Assembly: GCA_963834385.1 (NCBI GenBank) | Contig: CAWIBO010000005.1 | Span: 160,001-224,000 of the forward strand | DNA length: 64,000 nt | From: an uncultured Verrucomicrobiae bacterium | Lineage (GTDB): Bacteria; Verrucomicrobiota; Verrucomicrobiia; Chthoniobacterales; UBA10450 | Direction: 5' to 3' | In this document: one piece after another, positions 1-11,084 of the stretch | Layout of the letters: each line of letters starts with the position of its first letter | How positions within the stretch are numbered: position 1 is the first letter of the stretch | Notes under the pieces: model-generated | What the model saw: the letters and a program-made list of their open reading frames with translations, nothing else | What the model was told of the DNA's origin: nothing | The model's database searches: none | Made by a program: the position numbers and the translations under genes

Positions 1-1083
1 CTTGTGATGATGCGGGCAGTTCATCGCCTTCAGGTAATAACGGTCTCCGAGGGGCGCGGCCGTCTCGGCTGCGCGGCGGGCGGGCGTATCGCCTGCCGGC
101 TCTGTCGTGGCCGCATTTGGGCTCGCCAAAGTTCGTTCCGGCGAGACGCCGGAACCGGCGGGCAGGATGCCCACCCTACCCGGGAGATTGCCTGCGTGCT
201 CGTGCAGTTCCATCGGCGGGAACATTGACTCAGCGTAGTAGGGAAGATGGCCGCTGAGTTTGTACATGCTTTCCCGGGCGAGGTGCGGGGTTCGGACGCG
301 CTGGTATCCGGCGGCGAACTCGGTTTCGCGGGCGAGCTTTTCCAGCTCATCAATAATGGCGGCGCCGCGCGGCAGCCAGAGAGGGAGCCCGGGGCCGACG
401 TCGTCGTCAAAGGTGAAAAGCTGGAGTTCGCGGCCGAGTTTGCGGTGGTCCCGCTTTTTCGCCTCCTCCAGCATCGCGAAGTATTCCTCGAGCTGGGTCT
501 TGTTCTTGAAGGCCGTGCCGTAGATGCGCTGCAACTGCGGGTTCTTCTCGTCGCCCTTGTAGTAGGCGCTCGCGACATGGGTCAGCCGGAAGGCGCCGAT
601 GTTCCCGGTGCGCATGACGTGCGGCCCGGCACAGAGATCGAGAAAATCGCCGTTACGGAAGAGCGAGATCTCCTCGTCCGCGGGAATGTGCTCCACGATA
701 TCGAGCTTGAACTTCGAGGGCGCAGGCCGGGCGCCGAGCGCGGCCAGCTCGCCCCGTTGGGCCAGCGCGAGCGCTTCCTCCCGCGAAACCACGCTGCGTT
801 CAAAGCGATGGTTCGCCTTGATCTCCTTTTTCATTTCCGCCTCGATCTTCTCGAAATCTTCGGGGGAGATCCGGTGCGGCAGTTCGAGGTCGTAATAAAA
901 CCCATTCTCGACCGGCGGGCCGGCGGCGAACTGCGCTTCCGGCCAGAGACGCAGGATGGCCGTGGCCAGCACGTGGGCGCAGGAATGGCGGATCCGCTCC
1001 AGGTCGGTCATGGGCGGTCCCTCGTGCGCACCGCCTTTCGCGGCGGCCGCGGGATCCTCGGCGGCGCTCTTCTCGTCGTTCAT
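1..1083 (-). CDS. thrS: Threonyl-tRNA synthetase, 5' part; runs off the window edge and carries a ~50-aa in-frame palindromic insertion
   Basis: My own translation from the ATG at 1083 gives RHSCAHVLA, GPPVENGFYYD, DLCAGPHV, KRDHRKLG, SGHLPYY and YYLKAMNCPHH, all ThrRS motifs. It is missing from the ORF track because there is no stop in the window. Confidence 0.97.
   Translation of the reverse strand, partial: MNDEKSAAEDPAAAAKGGAHEGPPMTDLERIRHSCAHVLATAILRLWPEAQFAAGPPVENGFYYDLELPHRISPEDFEKIEAEMKKEIKANHRFERSVVSREEALALAQRGELAALGARPAPSKFKLDIVEHIPADEEISLFRNGDFLDLCAGPHVMRTGNIGAFRLTHVASAYYKGDEKNPQLQRIYGTAFKNKTQLEEYFAMLEEAKKRDHRKLGRELQLFTFDDDVGPGLPLWLPRGAAIIDELEKLARETEFAAGYQRVRTPHLARESMYKLSGHLPYYAESMFPPMELHEHAGNLPGRVGILPAGSGVSPERTLASPNAATTEPAGDTPARRAAETAAPLGDRYYLKAMNCPHHHK
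50..180. repeat. REP-like palindromic doublet inside thrS
   Basis: The minus strand reads GGTAGGGTGGGCATCCTGCCC...TTCCGGCGTCTCGCCGGAA (GTAG plus two hairpins). A second two-hairpin unit lies at about 50-100. Confidence 0.75.
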
Positions 1084-1147
1084 CGGTAGCGGGAGATTGC
1101 GCGACTTCCCCGCCCGTGACAAGGGGCGGCGCAACCGAAGCGCTTCC

Positions 1148-2593
1148 TTACTCGCCGCTCGGAAGCGAGCCGTGGGCTTCCTGCATGATGCGGCGCGGCC
1201 CCTTCTCCCGTCTCTCTTTCGGCAGCGGCTCGGTCATGGGCCGGATCCAATCGGCATGGCCCAGGGTCCGCGGCTGGGCCGCGAGATCGACGATCGGATC
1301 GACCAGCAGTTCCGGTTTGCGCCCGTTCAGCGACGCATAGACGCGCGCCTCCACCCGGAGCGGCTTGCGCCCGTAATACGGAATCTCCCGCGCGAGAAAG
1401 TGCGCGAACTGGAGAATCATGTCGGGCCGCGTCAGCGCCTTGGTGGCCTGGTGCCAGGCGAGGTACTGCCGGGGATTGGCCCTGGCTTCGCGACCGGTGT
1501 TCGGGTCGACCACGTAAAAGCGGGCCTGCGCCTCGCGATCGTGCAATTTCATCCGCCAGGAAAAGCGGTGACCCTCGTAGGTCCAGCCGACATCGCCCGG
1601 ATACAGATAATGGCGCAGAGGGACAAGGAGCTGCACCAGGGCGTAGAGACCCGCGAGGGCGAGGACGGTGTTCTGCCAGGCCCGGCCACTGGCCGGGACG
1701 GACGGCGCCGGCGTGGGAAAAGGCCGGCGGGTGAGGAAACGCAGGACTTTGCGGGGCCAGTCAGGCGCGAGAAAGAGAGTGGTCGCGGCCGCACCCAGCC
1801 ACGGAAAAATCCCGATGTGAAACATGTGGGCGTTCAGGATGTGGAACAGAATGGCCAGGACGAAGGCGAAGAGGCGCGTCCGGCGCCAAAGGAGCAGGGG
1901 GACGATGGCGAGGTCGAGCAGCAGGCCGCCGTAGCTCAGGAAGTAGGGCATCCACTCGGTGTTGACGTAGGGGCCAATGATGGGCACCTGCGTTTCGTCG
2001 GACACCCAGTTGCGCATCGGTTCGCCCGCGAGCCAGTCGGGATTGATCTTGGCCACCCCGCCGTAAAAATAGACGACACCGAGCTGGAGACGAAGAATCC
2101 AGAGCGGCCAGACCGGCACGGTGGCGGCGCGGGGAGCGAGCCGGAGGAAAGGATCGAGAGCCCAGGCGCGGTTGGCCGGGAGAAAGACCAGCAAAAAGCT
2201 GAGCAGGCAGATCAGGTACATGTGGTTGAGGTAGATCGCCTGCTCGAGCAGAAAGGTGTAGGTGATCCCCACGAAGAAGAGGGCCGCGGCCACGCGGTAG
2301 AAAAGGCCGAGGGTGATGAGCGCGGCGAGCGCCCCGAGGACATACCAATGATAGATCAGGCCGTCGCCCGGCCACGGCTGGACCCATTCGAAGCCGTAGT
2401 ATTTGAAGAGAAACTTCGGCTGCATCCAGAAGAGTTGAACCCAGCCTTTGCTGAGGTAACGGTAGACCTCGACCACCATGAGGACGCCGAAGGCCGCGCG
2501 AAAAAAGACGAGGGAAGAGGCGTCGACCGGCCGGAAAGCGGCGGTCCGGAGACGGGCGGCGAAGGAATTGCTGGGCGCGGCTCTTTTTGTCAC
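1148..2593 (-). CDS. HTTM-domain / vitamin K-dependent gamma-carboxylase-like membrane protein
   Basis: Motifs YLNHMYL, YFYGGVAKINPDWL, HIGIFPW, GHRFSWRMKL, PDMILQFAHFL and SLNGRKPELLVDP; multiple TM segments. Confidence 0.88.
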   Translation of the reverse strand: MTKRAAPSNSFAARLRTAAFRPVDASSLVFFRAAFGVLMVVEVYRYLSKGWVQLFWMQPKFLFKYYGFEWVQPWPGDGLIYHWYVLGALAALITLGLFYRVAAALFFVGITYTFLLEQAIYLNHMYLICLLSFLLVFLPANRAWALDPFLRLAPRAATVPVWPLWILRLQLGVVYFYGGVAKINPDWLAGEPMRNWVSDETQVPIIGPYVNTEWMPYFLSYGGLLLDLAIVPLLLWRRTRLFAFVLAILFHILNAHMFHIGIFPWLGAAATTLFLAPDWPRKVLRFLTRRPFPTPAPSVPASGRAWQNTVLALAGLYALVQLLVPLRHYLYPGDVGWTYEGHRFSWRMKLHDREAQARFYVVDPNTGREARANPRQYLAWHQATKALTRPDMILQFAHFLAREIPYYGRKPLRVEARVYASLNGRKPELLVDPIVDLAAQPRTLGHADWIRPMTEPLPKERREKGPRRIMQEAHGSLPSGE

Positions 2594-2603
2594 GACGCGC
2601 TGA

Positions 2604-3144
2604 TTACTGCAGGGCCGCGAGGGCTTTCAGATCGATTCGTTTCAACCACTCCTGGAGTTCCGCCGCTTCCTGTCCCTGGGTCTCGATCTGGAGGAGGAAG
2701 CGATTGGCCACCATGACCCAGAGTGTCCCATGCTTGCCCTCTTTCTCGAAGGTCTCGAAGGCCGGATAATCCCCGATCTTGAGGGCCTTGGTGTAGCCTT
2801 CCGGCGTTTCCGCGGTCGGTATCCCAGGCCGCGGTGGAAGCGGCCACGTATTCCTGGTTGCCCGCCGAGTCGAGAATGCTGATGGACGTCAGCGGGATGT
2901 TTTCGCCTTCGCCTTTCTGGTAGTCGCGGTGAGCGGTGCTCAGCTTGAAACCGCCGGAATCATCCGTGCTGCCTTCGGCCTCCTCGGCGGTCCATCCCTC
3001 GGGTGCTTCCGGGAGAAGCGGCAGGAGCGCGGAATAGTTCACCGCCTCGACCGTGGAGATGGCGGGTTGCGCGGAGGCAAGCGCGGGCAGCAGCAGGGCC
3101 GTGGCCGCGAGAACAGCCTGCAGGGGCCGTGGAAACTTGATCAT
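2604..3144 (-). CDS. Secreted hypothetical protein (frameshift near 2820)
   Basis: Sec signal ending ASA/Q. The shifted frame continues TPEGYTKALKIGDYPAFETFEKEGKHGTLWVMVANRFLLQIE... to a TAA at 2604-2606. Confidence 0.7.
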
Positions 3145-3323
3145 GGGAGGAAGGGCAACTTCGCCCTGGTACCGGATTCCCTTCTTCCCAGCCGTTTGTC
3201 AAGACGGGACCGGTCCGGCGCGCGAAAAATGAGGCGGTCGCCGGGGCCGCGAAGTGCGGGAGAGGCGATGGCGCCGAGGAAATGTCTTTGGGAGTCCGCG
3301 GGACGCCGTCTATTTTGCGAGGA

Positions 3324-3821
3324 ATGAAGCATGAGCGTGTCGAGATTCGCCCGGCGGCGGAGGCGGACGTCCCGTTGATTCTGCAGTTGATTCGGGAGCT
3401 GGCGGAATACGAGCGGGCGCCGGGCGACGTGGTGGCGACGGAGGAAGGTTTGCGCGGCGTGTTGTTTGGCCAGCGGCCCTCCGCGGAGGTGTTGCTGGCG
3501 ATGGTCGGGCACGAACCGGTGGGGTTCGCCGTTTTCTTCCATAACTTCTCGACCTGGCTGGGACGCCCGGGGCTTTACCTGGAGGATTTGTTTGTGCGGC
3601 CCGACCAGCGCGGGCACGGATATGGCCGGGCGCTGCTCGAGCATCTGGCGCGGATCGCGCAAGAACGCGGCTGCGGGCGGATGGAATGGGCGGTGCTCGA
3701 CTGGAACGAGCCGGCCATCCAGTTCTACAGGAAACTGGGGGCGCGCCCGATGGACGAGTGGACGGTGTTCCGGCTCACCGAAAGCGAGATCGCGCAACTG
3801 GCGGGGACGGGAGGAAGCTGA
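3324..3821 (+). CDS. GNAT N-acetyltransferase (diamine acetyltransferase/SSAT-like)
   Basis: [34 protein letters not shown] and [12 protein letters not shown]. Confidence 0.93.
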   Translation: [165 protein letters not shown]

Positions 3822-3837
3822 AGAGACGAATGACGCC

Positions 3838-5632
3838 ATGACCAGGATTGAGGATTACGCCTTTATCGGCGACACGCAGACCGGGGCGCTGGTCAGCCGT
3901 GATGGCTGCATTGACTGGCTTTGTTTTCCCCGGTTCGATTCGCCCGCCTGTTTTGCGTCGCTTGTCGGCACGGGCGAAAACGGGCGCTGGCGTTTCTACA
4001 CCGGCGAGGAGGTGACGCGGACGAGTCGGCGTTATGTGGGCGACACCCTCATTCTCGAGACGGAGATCGAGACGGCGGGCGGCTGTGTCCGGCTGATCGA
4101 TTTCATGCCGCCGCGGGGGAAGGCACCCGACATCGTCCGGATCGTGGAAGGTGTGCGCGGAACCGTGCCGATGGAGATGGAGCTGGTGATTCGCTTCGAT
4201 TACGGAAAAATCGTGCCCTGGGTGCGCCGCCGGGACGGAGGGCTGGAGGCGATCGCCGGGCCGGACGCGATGGTGCTGCGCACGGAAGTTCCGACCCATG
4301 GCAAACGCCTGACCACGGTGGCGCAGTTCGAGGTGCGCAAGGGCGACCGGTTGCCCTTTGTCCTGACCTGGTTCCCTTCGCATGAACGCTCCCCGGAGCC
4401 GATCAACGCGGAACATGCGTTGGAAGAAACGAAACATTTCTGGGAAAGTTGGGCCGCCCAGTACGTTCCGCGTTCACCCTGGAGCAAGGAGGTCATGCGC
4501 TCGCTCCTCACGCTCAAGGGGCTGACCTACGGACCGACCGGGGGGATCGTGGCGGCCTGCACCACCTCGCTGCCGGAGGAAATAGGCGGGGTGCGCAACT
4601 GGGATTACCGGTTCTGCTGGCTGCGCGACGCCACTTTCACGCTGCTTTCGCTGATGGGGGCAGGTTACAAGGAGGAAGCGCGGGCCTGGCGCGAGTGGCT
4701 TCTCCGCGCCATCGCCGGGACACCGGAGCAGACCCAGATCATGTACGGCGTGGCCGGGGAACGCCGTCTCCCGGAGGCCGAGTTGCCCTGGCTTTCGGGT
4801 TATGAAAACTCGGTCCCGGTGCGGATCGGCAACGCCGCCAGCGAACAGTTCCAGCTCGATGTTTATGGCGAGGTGATGGACGCGATGTATCAGGCCCACG
4901 AAGCCGGCATCACCAACCGCGACCGCGACTGGCATCTGCAGGCTTCGCTCCTGAACTTCCTCGAGTCGGCCTGGGAAAAGCCGGACGAAGGGATCTGGGA
5001 AGTCCGGGGCGGTCGCCGCCACTTTCACGCACTCGAAGGTCATGGCCTGGGTGGCTTTTAACCGCGGGATCCGGCTGGTGGAAAACTGCGGCTGCAGCGC
5101 CACGGAACATCTTCCCCGGTGGAAAAACAGCGCGCAAACGATCCATCGCGAGGTTTGCGAACGCGGGTTTAGCCGCGAGAAAAATTCGTTTACCCAGTCC
5201 TACGACGCCGACTGCCTCGATGCCAGCCTGCTGGTGATCCCGATGGTCGGTTTTCTGCCGCCGGAGGATCCGCGCGTGCTGGGCACCATCGCCGCGGTGG
5301 AACGCGAGCTGATGTGCGAGGGGTTCGTCCAGCGCTACCTGCCGGAAGAGCGCGGCGTGGACGGCTTGCCGGGCGGGGAAGGGGTCTTTCTGCCCTGCTC
5401 CTTCTGGCTGGCCGATTGCCTGCACCTGACCGGACGGCGCGACGAAGCGCGCGCTCTCTTCGAGCGTCTGCTCAGCGTGCGCAACGACCTTGGTCTCTTC
5501 TCGGAGGAATACGATCCGGTGAAAAAGCGGCAGCTGGGAAACTTTCCGCAGGCCTTCACCCACGTGGCCATGATTCACACGGCCTGGCTGCTGGGCCGCG
5601 AGGATTCACCGGCACAACACCGCGGGGATTGA
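3838..5632 (+). CDS. Glycoside hydrolase family 15 (trehalase/glucoamylase-like); frameshift near 5025
   Basis: IEDYAFIGD, TTSLPE-GGVRNWDYRFCWLRD, QLDVYGE and PDEGIWEVRG. The second frame gives HSKVMAW...LGNFPQAFTH. Confidence 0.92.
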
Positions 5633-5649
5633 CCGGGCCCGGGGCGTCC

Positions 5650-8092
5650 TTACGGCGCCTGCCGAGGCGACGCGCCTTCCTGACCGTTACCAGCGTTCGG
5701 GCCCGTTTTGGGAGCCGCGGCGGCAGGGGCACGGGTCAGGGTCGGGCGCGCTTCCCCGGCGAAGATGGCTTTGCCGGCGAGGAAATGAAGCTGGGGCTGG
5801 TCAAGGCTCTCGATCAGTTCCGGGATGGGATCGCGCAGGATGCGGGGATGATCACGACGTTTCTCGAGGTCTTCGGCCCGCGTGAGCCCGATCTCGCGCA
5901 GCGACGCGGCCGCGCGCGGGTTTTGCGAGAGCACGGCATTGGCCCGAACAAAGTCCGCCGGCCCGAGCGGCCGTTCGGTGGCGACAAAGAGCATGTCGTT
6001 GGCCGAGCCGCGAAAGGCGGTCACGAACGGAAACTCGCTCCGCAGGGTTGAGCCAACCCGGTCGAGAATTTCTGCGTTCACCCCGTAGAGCTGCATCCAC
6101 TGCACGAACACGCCGCCGGGACTCAAGCTCTTCTTCACCACCACATAAAATTCGCGCGAGAAAAGCTGACCCGTCCCGCGGGTCCAGAGATGGCTCGGCT
6201 CGGAGATGATGACGTCCCACTTCTCCGGGCTTCGGCGCAGGACCCGAAAGGCGTCGCCAATGCGCAGATCGAGACGGGGATCCTCGTGCACATCATGCGT
6301 GCTCCGCGCGAAGTGGGGCAGGGTCAGGACCGTTTCCGGCAGCACTTCCGCCACCGTGATCTGTTTCCACTCGGGATAAAGCGCGAGCTGGCCCGCGGTC
6401 ACCCCCGTGCCCAGGCCGACGATGAGGGCGCGTTCGCGCTGCCGCGCGAAAAGGGCGCCAAGGTCGCCCAGGAGCCGGAGCGTTTCACGGTCGGAGTGTG
6501 TGTTGGAATCGGATTTGCCGTTGGTGAAAATCGAACGGGCCCGCAGCGGCGGCGTGCCCTCGGGGGCCGAGCCGAACGCGCGCTCTCTCGTATCCTCGAT
6601 CACCGCGACCGAGGCAGCCGGGCCTTCCCGGTAATCGATCACGCGCAGGACGGCATCGCGCGCGGCATAAAAGGCGGCGGCGCCTCCCCATGTCTCGAGC
6701 GAGGGCGTGATCAGGCGCGACGTCCCCATGGCGAAACGGCGCGGCTCATGGCCGGGACGGACCACAAACATGACGGCGGCGAGCACCACCGGCACCATGG
6801 CCCAGGCGAACGGGCGCAGGCCGCGCGCGAACGCCGCCAGCGCCGCTGAGGCCGCGCAGAGCAGCGCCGCCGCCAGGAAGATGGCGCCGTTGCCCATCCA
6901 AAGATAAAGAAGCCAGCCCCCGATGAGGCTGCCGCAGACCGCGCCGGCCAGGTTCCAGAAGAAGAGAAGACCGGAATGCCAGCCGACCCGGGCCAGGCTC
7001 CGGCGCAGCTCATGGAACGCAATCGGAAGGGTGGCCCCGGCCAGGCAGACCGGCACGGCCAGCACACAGGTCAGCACCGCGATCACCGCGAGTTTGTGCC
7101 ACCAAAACCCGGCCGGGTTGGAGGCAAAGGCGACCCGCACCACGTGGGCGACGTAGGGCCATTCGTCCAGGGTCACGAACAAGGCGAGGAGCGAAAGCGC
7201 CAGAAGGCTTTGGTTCCAGATGAGGGCGTTGCGTGAAAGATGGCGGCGCCCTCCTACGATGAGGCTGCCGAGACCGATGCAGAGCACAAAGACGCCCACG
7301 ATCAGGGCAAAGGAATAAGTGGAAGGGCCGAGCGAGAGATCGGTCACGCGGATCAGGACGTTCTCAAGTGTCATGACGTAGGCGCCGGAACAAAAGGCCA
7401 CCGCGAGCAGCACCGGCACCGGGTAACCGCGCGCCGATTCGATTTCGGTGGTCGTGGCGGGTGGCGCGGGATCCACCGGACGCCGCCGACCGAGCAGAAA
7501 GAAGAAGCCGGCCGCGGCCACGTTGCAGATGGCGCCGGCCTGCAAGGCGCCGGGCAAGCCCGATGAGCGGGACAAGGAAAAATCCGGCGCCGAGCGCACC
7601 GGCGAACGCGCCCAGGGTGTTGATGGCGTAAACCCGCGCGTGCACGTGCGTGGCGTGATCGACGCTCTCGGAAATGGCGCGCGTCAGCAGGGGGACAGTG
7701 CCGCCCATGCAAAGGGTGGGGACCAGCATGAGCAGGAGCGCTACGAACGCGCCCTGACCAAGCAGCCAGCCGGGCGCGGCAAACGACCAAGAAGCGGTGA
7801 GCCAGTCGATCCCCTGGAAAAGAAAGGGGAAGAGGAGGGCCCAGAGCCCGATCAGAGCCTCGAGCGCCGCGTAAACAAAAAGGGAATTGCGCACCCGCGC
7901 GCTGAGCGCGCCACTCAGCAGATAGCCGGCGCCAAGGCCGCCCAGGAAGACCGCCAGGATGACCGCGGTGGCGGCATGCTCATTGCCGACCAGACGGCCG
8001 AGATACTGCTGCCAGACCACCTGGTAAACCAGCGCCGCCGCGCCGGTGGCAAAAACGGTCAGGTAAAGAATGAAGCGAACGGCGGCAGACAT
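5650..8092 (-). CDS. Fused MFS-like membrane domain / spermidine synthase-like SAM-dependent domain; frameshift near 7555
   Basis: ALVYQVVW and YAINTLGA in the membrane half (ORF 7364-8092); IVGLGTGVTA, IGDAFRVL, WDVIISEPS and LSPGGVFVQW in ORF 5650-7599. Confidence 0.85.
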
Positions 8093-8193
8093 GGCGGAGA
8101 CCGTTTCAGCAGAAATTCGGCCGCCGGAACAGCGAAAGAACGGTTTGCATCGACTTTTCCTCCCGTTTCGCCTACCAACTTCGCCGCCCCCGC

Positions 8194-11075
8194 ATGCTGC
8201 GTCTTATCTTTTGCCTGATCCTGTTCGCCCTTCTTCCTTCCCGCCCGCGGCGAACAGTTGATCGGCGAAGGAAGCACCTGGCGATTTTACAAGGGGATGA
8301 CGACCCCTCCGTTGCAGGGGGCGCTCAACTGGACCATGACCGCCTACAACGATGGGCTGTGGGGCGGCCCTTCGCCGGGTGGGTTTGGCTATGGCGACGG
8401 CGACGATGCCACCACCTTCACGGACATGCAGAACAGCTACGGCTCCGTGTTTATCCGCCGCACCTTCACGGTGGTGGATGTTTCCCAGGTGACCCACCTG
8501 ACCCTCGCGGTCGATTATGATGACGGCTTTGTGGCCTACCTCAACGGCGTCGAGGTGGCCCGGCGCAACGTCATCGGCAACGCCATCCACTCCACCCAGG
8601 CCGCGGGCAACCACGAGGCCTCGCGCGGCGGCGACACCGCGGAGGAAAAGGAATTCATCACCATCGATCCCTCGATGCTGGTGAACGGGAACAACGTCCT
8701 CGCCCTTTCCGGGCATAACGTCTCCCTGAACAGTTCCGATTTCACCCTTATCCCCGAGCTTTACGCCAACGTCACCCTCGTGCGCGGGCCGATCCTGCAA
8801 ATGCCGTTGCCTGGCCAGATCAGCGTCACCTGGCGGACCGATGCGCTTACCAACAGCGCGGTCGATTACGGTTTCGACACCAACTACGCGGGCGGCACCG
8901 TCACGGACGGCGCACTCGTCCGGCAGCATGTCGTCACGTTGCCGTTGCTCACTCCCGGCGCCACCATTTTTTATCGTGTCCGCAGCGGCGGCGTCACCCT
9001 GGCGGAGAGCAGTTTTCGCTCGCCGCCGGGGGCCGCGCAGCCTTTCCGGTTCGTGGTTTACGGTGACTTCGGCTGGGGCGGTGGCGCGCCGGCGGTGCCC
9101 AATTCCAACACCGCCGCGGTCGCGCAGCGGGTGAACCTGGCCAACCCCGATCTCACCCTCACGGTGGGGGACAACATTTACGACAACGGCCAGCCGGGGA
9201 ACCACGATCCCTTCTGGTTTTTGCCTTACGATGCGATCAACCGGCGCGCCCCGCTCTTCCCGGCGCTGGGCAATCACGATGTGGCTAACCCGGGCAACGG
9301 CCAGCATTTCATCGACAGCTTTCACCTGCCCCTGAACGGCCCGGCCGGGTATCTCGAGCGGAGTTACTCGTTCGATTACGGCGACGTTCATTTCGCGGTG
9401 ATCGACGCGAATCCTTTCGTCTTCAAAGTCGACCCGACGGCGCAGGCGGCGATCAAGAGCTGGCTCGCGGCTGATCTCGCGGCCACCGCGCAACGCTGGA
9501 AGATCGTCCTGTTTCATCAGCCGGCTTACACCAGCAGCGGCGGCAGCGCGCACAGCCGCCGAGACGATCCTGCAGCAGGAAATCCAGCCGATCTGCGCGC
9601 AGTACGGCGTGCAGGTGGTTTTCCAGGGACACAACCATTTTTACGAGCGGATCAACCCGATCAATGGCGTGCATTACATCACCACCGGCATGGCCGGTCG
9701 CTCGGTTTATTCTCCCACCTCCATCGCCTCCTATTCCGCCTTCCGCGAAGGCGGTCTCTACGGTTTCACCCAGGTCGACGTGGCGGGCGGTCTGCTCACC
9801 CTGCGACAGGTGAGCGCCAGCGGCGCGCAGATCGATCTGCTCGAGATCGATCTCGAGCATCTGTTTCAGATTGATGGGCTGCTCGACTCCGCGTCCTGGC
9901 AGCGCGCCGGCACCAGCGGCATGCTCCGGCTCCATGCGGCCATCCGGGGGAACCATCTCTACCTCGCCACCCAGGACGCGGGCGAGGGAAGCGACCACTT
10001 CATTTACCTCGCCACGCAGATCGGCTCCGTGCAGCCGGCCAACTGGTCCAAGAGCGGGCAGGTCATGACCTGGAGCGCGTTTCTCGCCGACGAGAACGAC
10101 AACGGTTTTGTCGGCTGGTTCGATGCCGCGGGCGTGCGCCTCACGGAGAGTGTCGCCTATCGATCGCTCACCTCGGGGCTGAACAATAATGCGCCCCTCA
10201 ACAACGGCGTTCTCGAAGGCACGATCAACCTCGCGGCCCACCTCGGGAGTTTCCCCGCGCAGATCTACGTGGCCGCCGCCCCCTTCGGCACCGCCGATAA
10301 CGGCACCCTCGTCGCCAGCGCGCAGGTTCCCGCGGGCAATGGCAACGGGAATATTGAAGCCTCCGAGTTCCTTCTTCTCCAGACCCGCGATCTTGCCCTC
10401 GATCTGCCGGTGAGCGACGCCGGCCCCGACCAGCAGGCGGAAGCCGGCATGACCGTGGCGCTCAGCGGCGCCGGCTCCCTCTCGCCCAGCGGCTTTCCGC
10501 TCGCTTACTCATGGACGCAGCTATCAGGGCCATCGGTCACGATCGACGCGGCCGATATGTCATCTGCGACGGTGGTCTCCGGTCAGGTTGGCACGCCGAT
10601 GGATGTGGTGGTGCGTCTGCGCGTGAACGACACCCGCTTCGACGCGGATGATACCGCCACCATCTCGCTTTCTCCGATGGTGGACAGCGATGGCGACGGA
10701 CTCTCGGATGCGGAGGAGACGACCGGCCAGAACAACTCGTTGACCCCGGCGAATCCCGGGGGCGTGACCAGCGATCCGAACCTGTTCGACACGGATGGCG
10801 ATGGCGCCGGTGACGGGGCTGAAGCAATGGCCGGGACCGATCCGCGCAGCGCGAGCTCGCTCTTGAAGGTGAGTGGCTTTACGCGCGACGGCACCGGCAT
10901 CGTCGTGACATGGAAGAGCGTGCCCGGGAAGCGTTATCAACTGGAACGGGCGGTTGACGCGACCTTTGCCTGGGAATCGGTCGGCGCGGTCGTGACCGCC
11001 ACCGCGGTCGAGACTATCGCGACCGACGTCCCAGTGGGCGGAACGGTCTTTTATCGGGTGCGGCTGGTTCCGTAA
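8194..11075 (+). CDS. Large secreted metallophosphoesterase (purple-acid-phosphatase-like) with PKD-like and DxDGDG Ca-binding C-terminal modules; frameshifts near 8243 and 9555
   Basis: Signal peptide at 8194. Phosphoesterase motifs GDFG, GDNIY, GNHD, FHQP and GHNHFYER; ADAGPDQ-like PKD start; DSDGDGLSD and DTDGDG; terminal FYRV motif. Confidence 0.82.
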
Positions 11076-11084
11076 GGCACTGGA

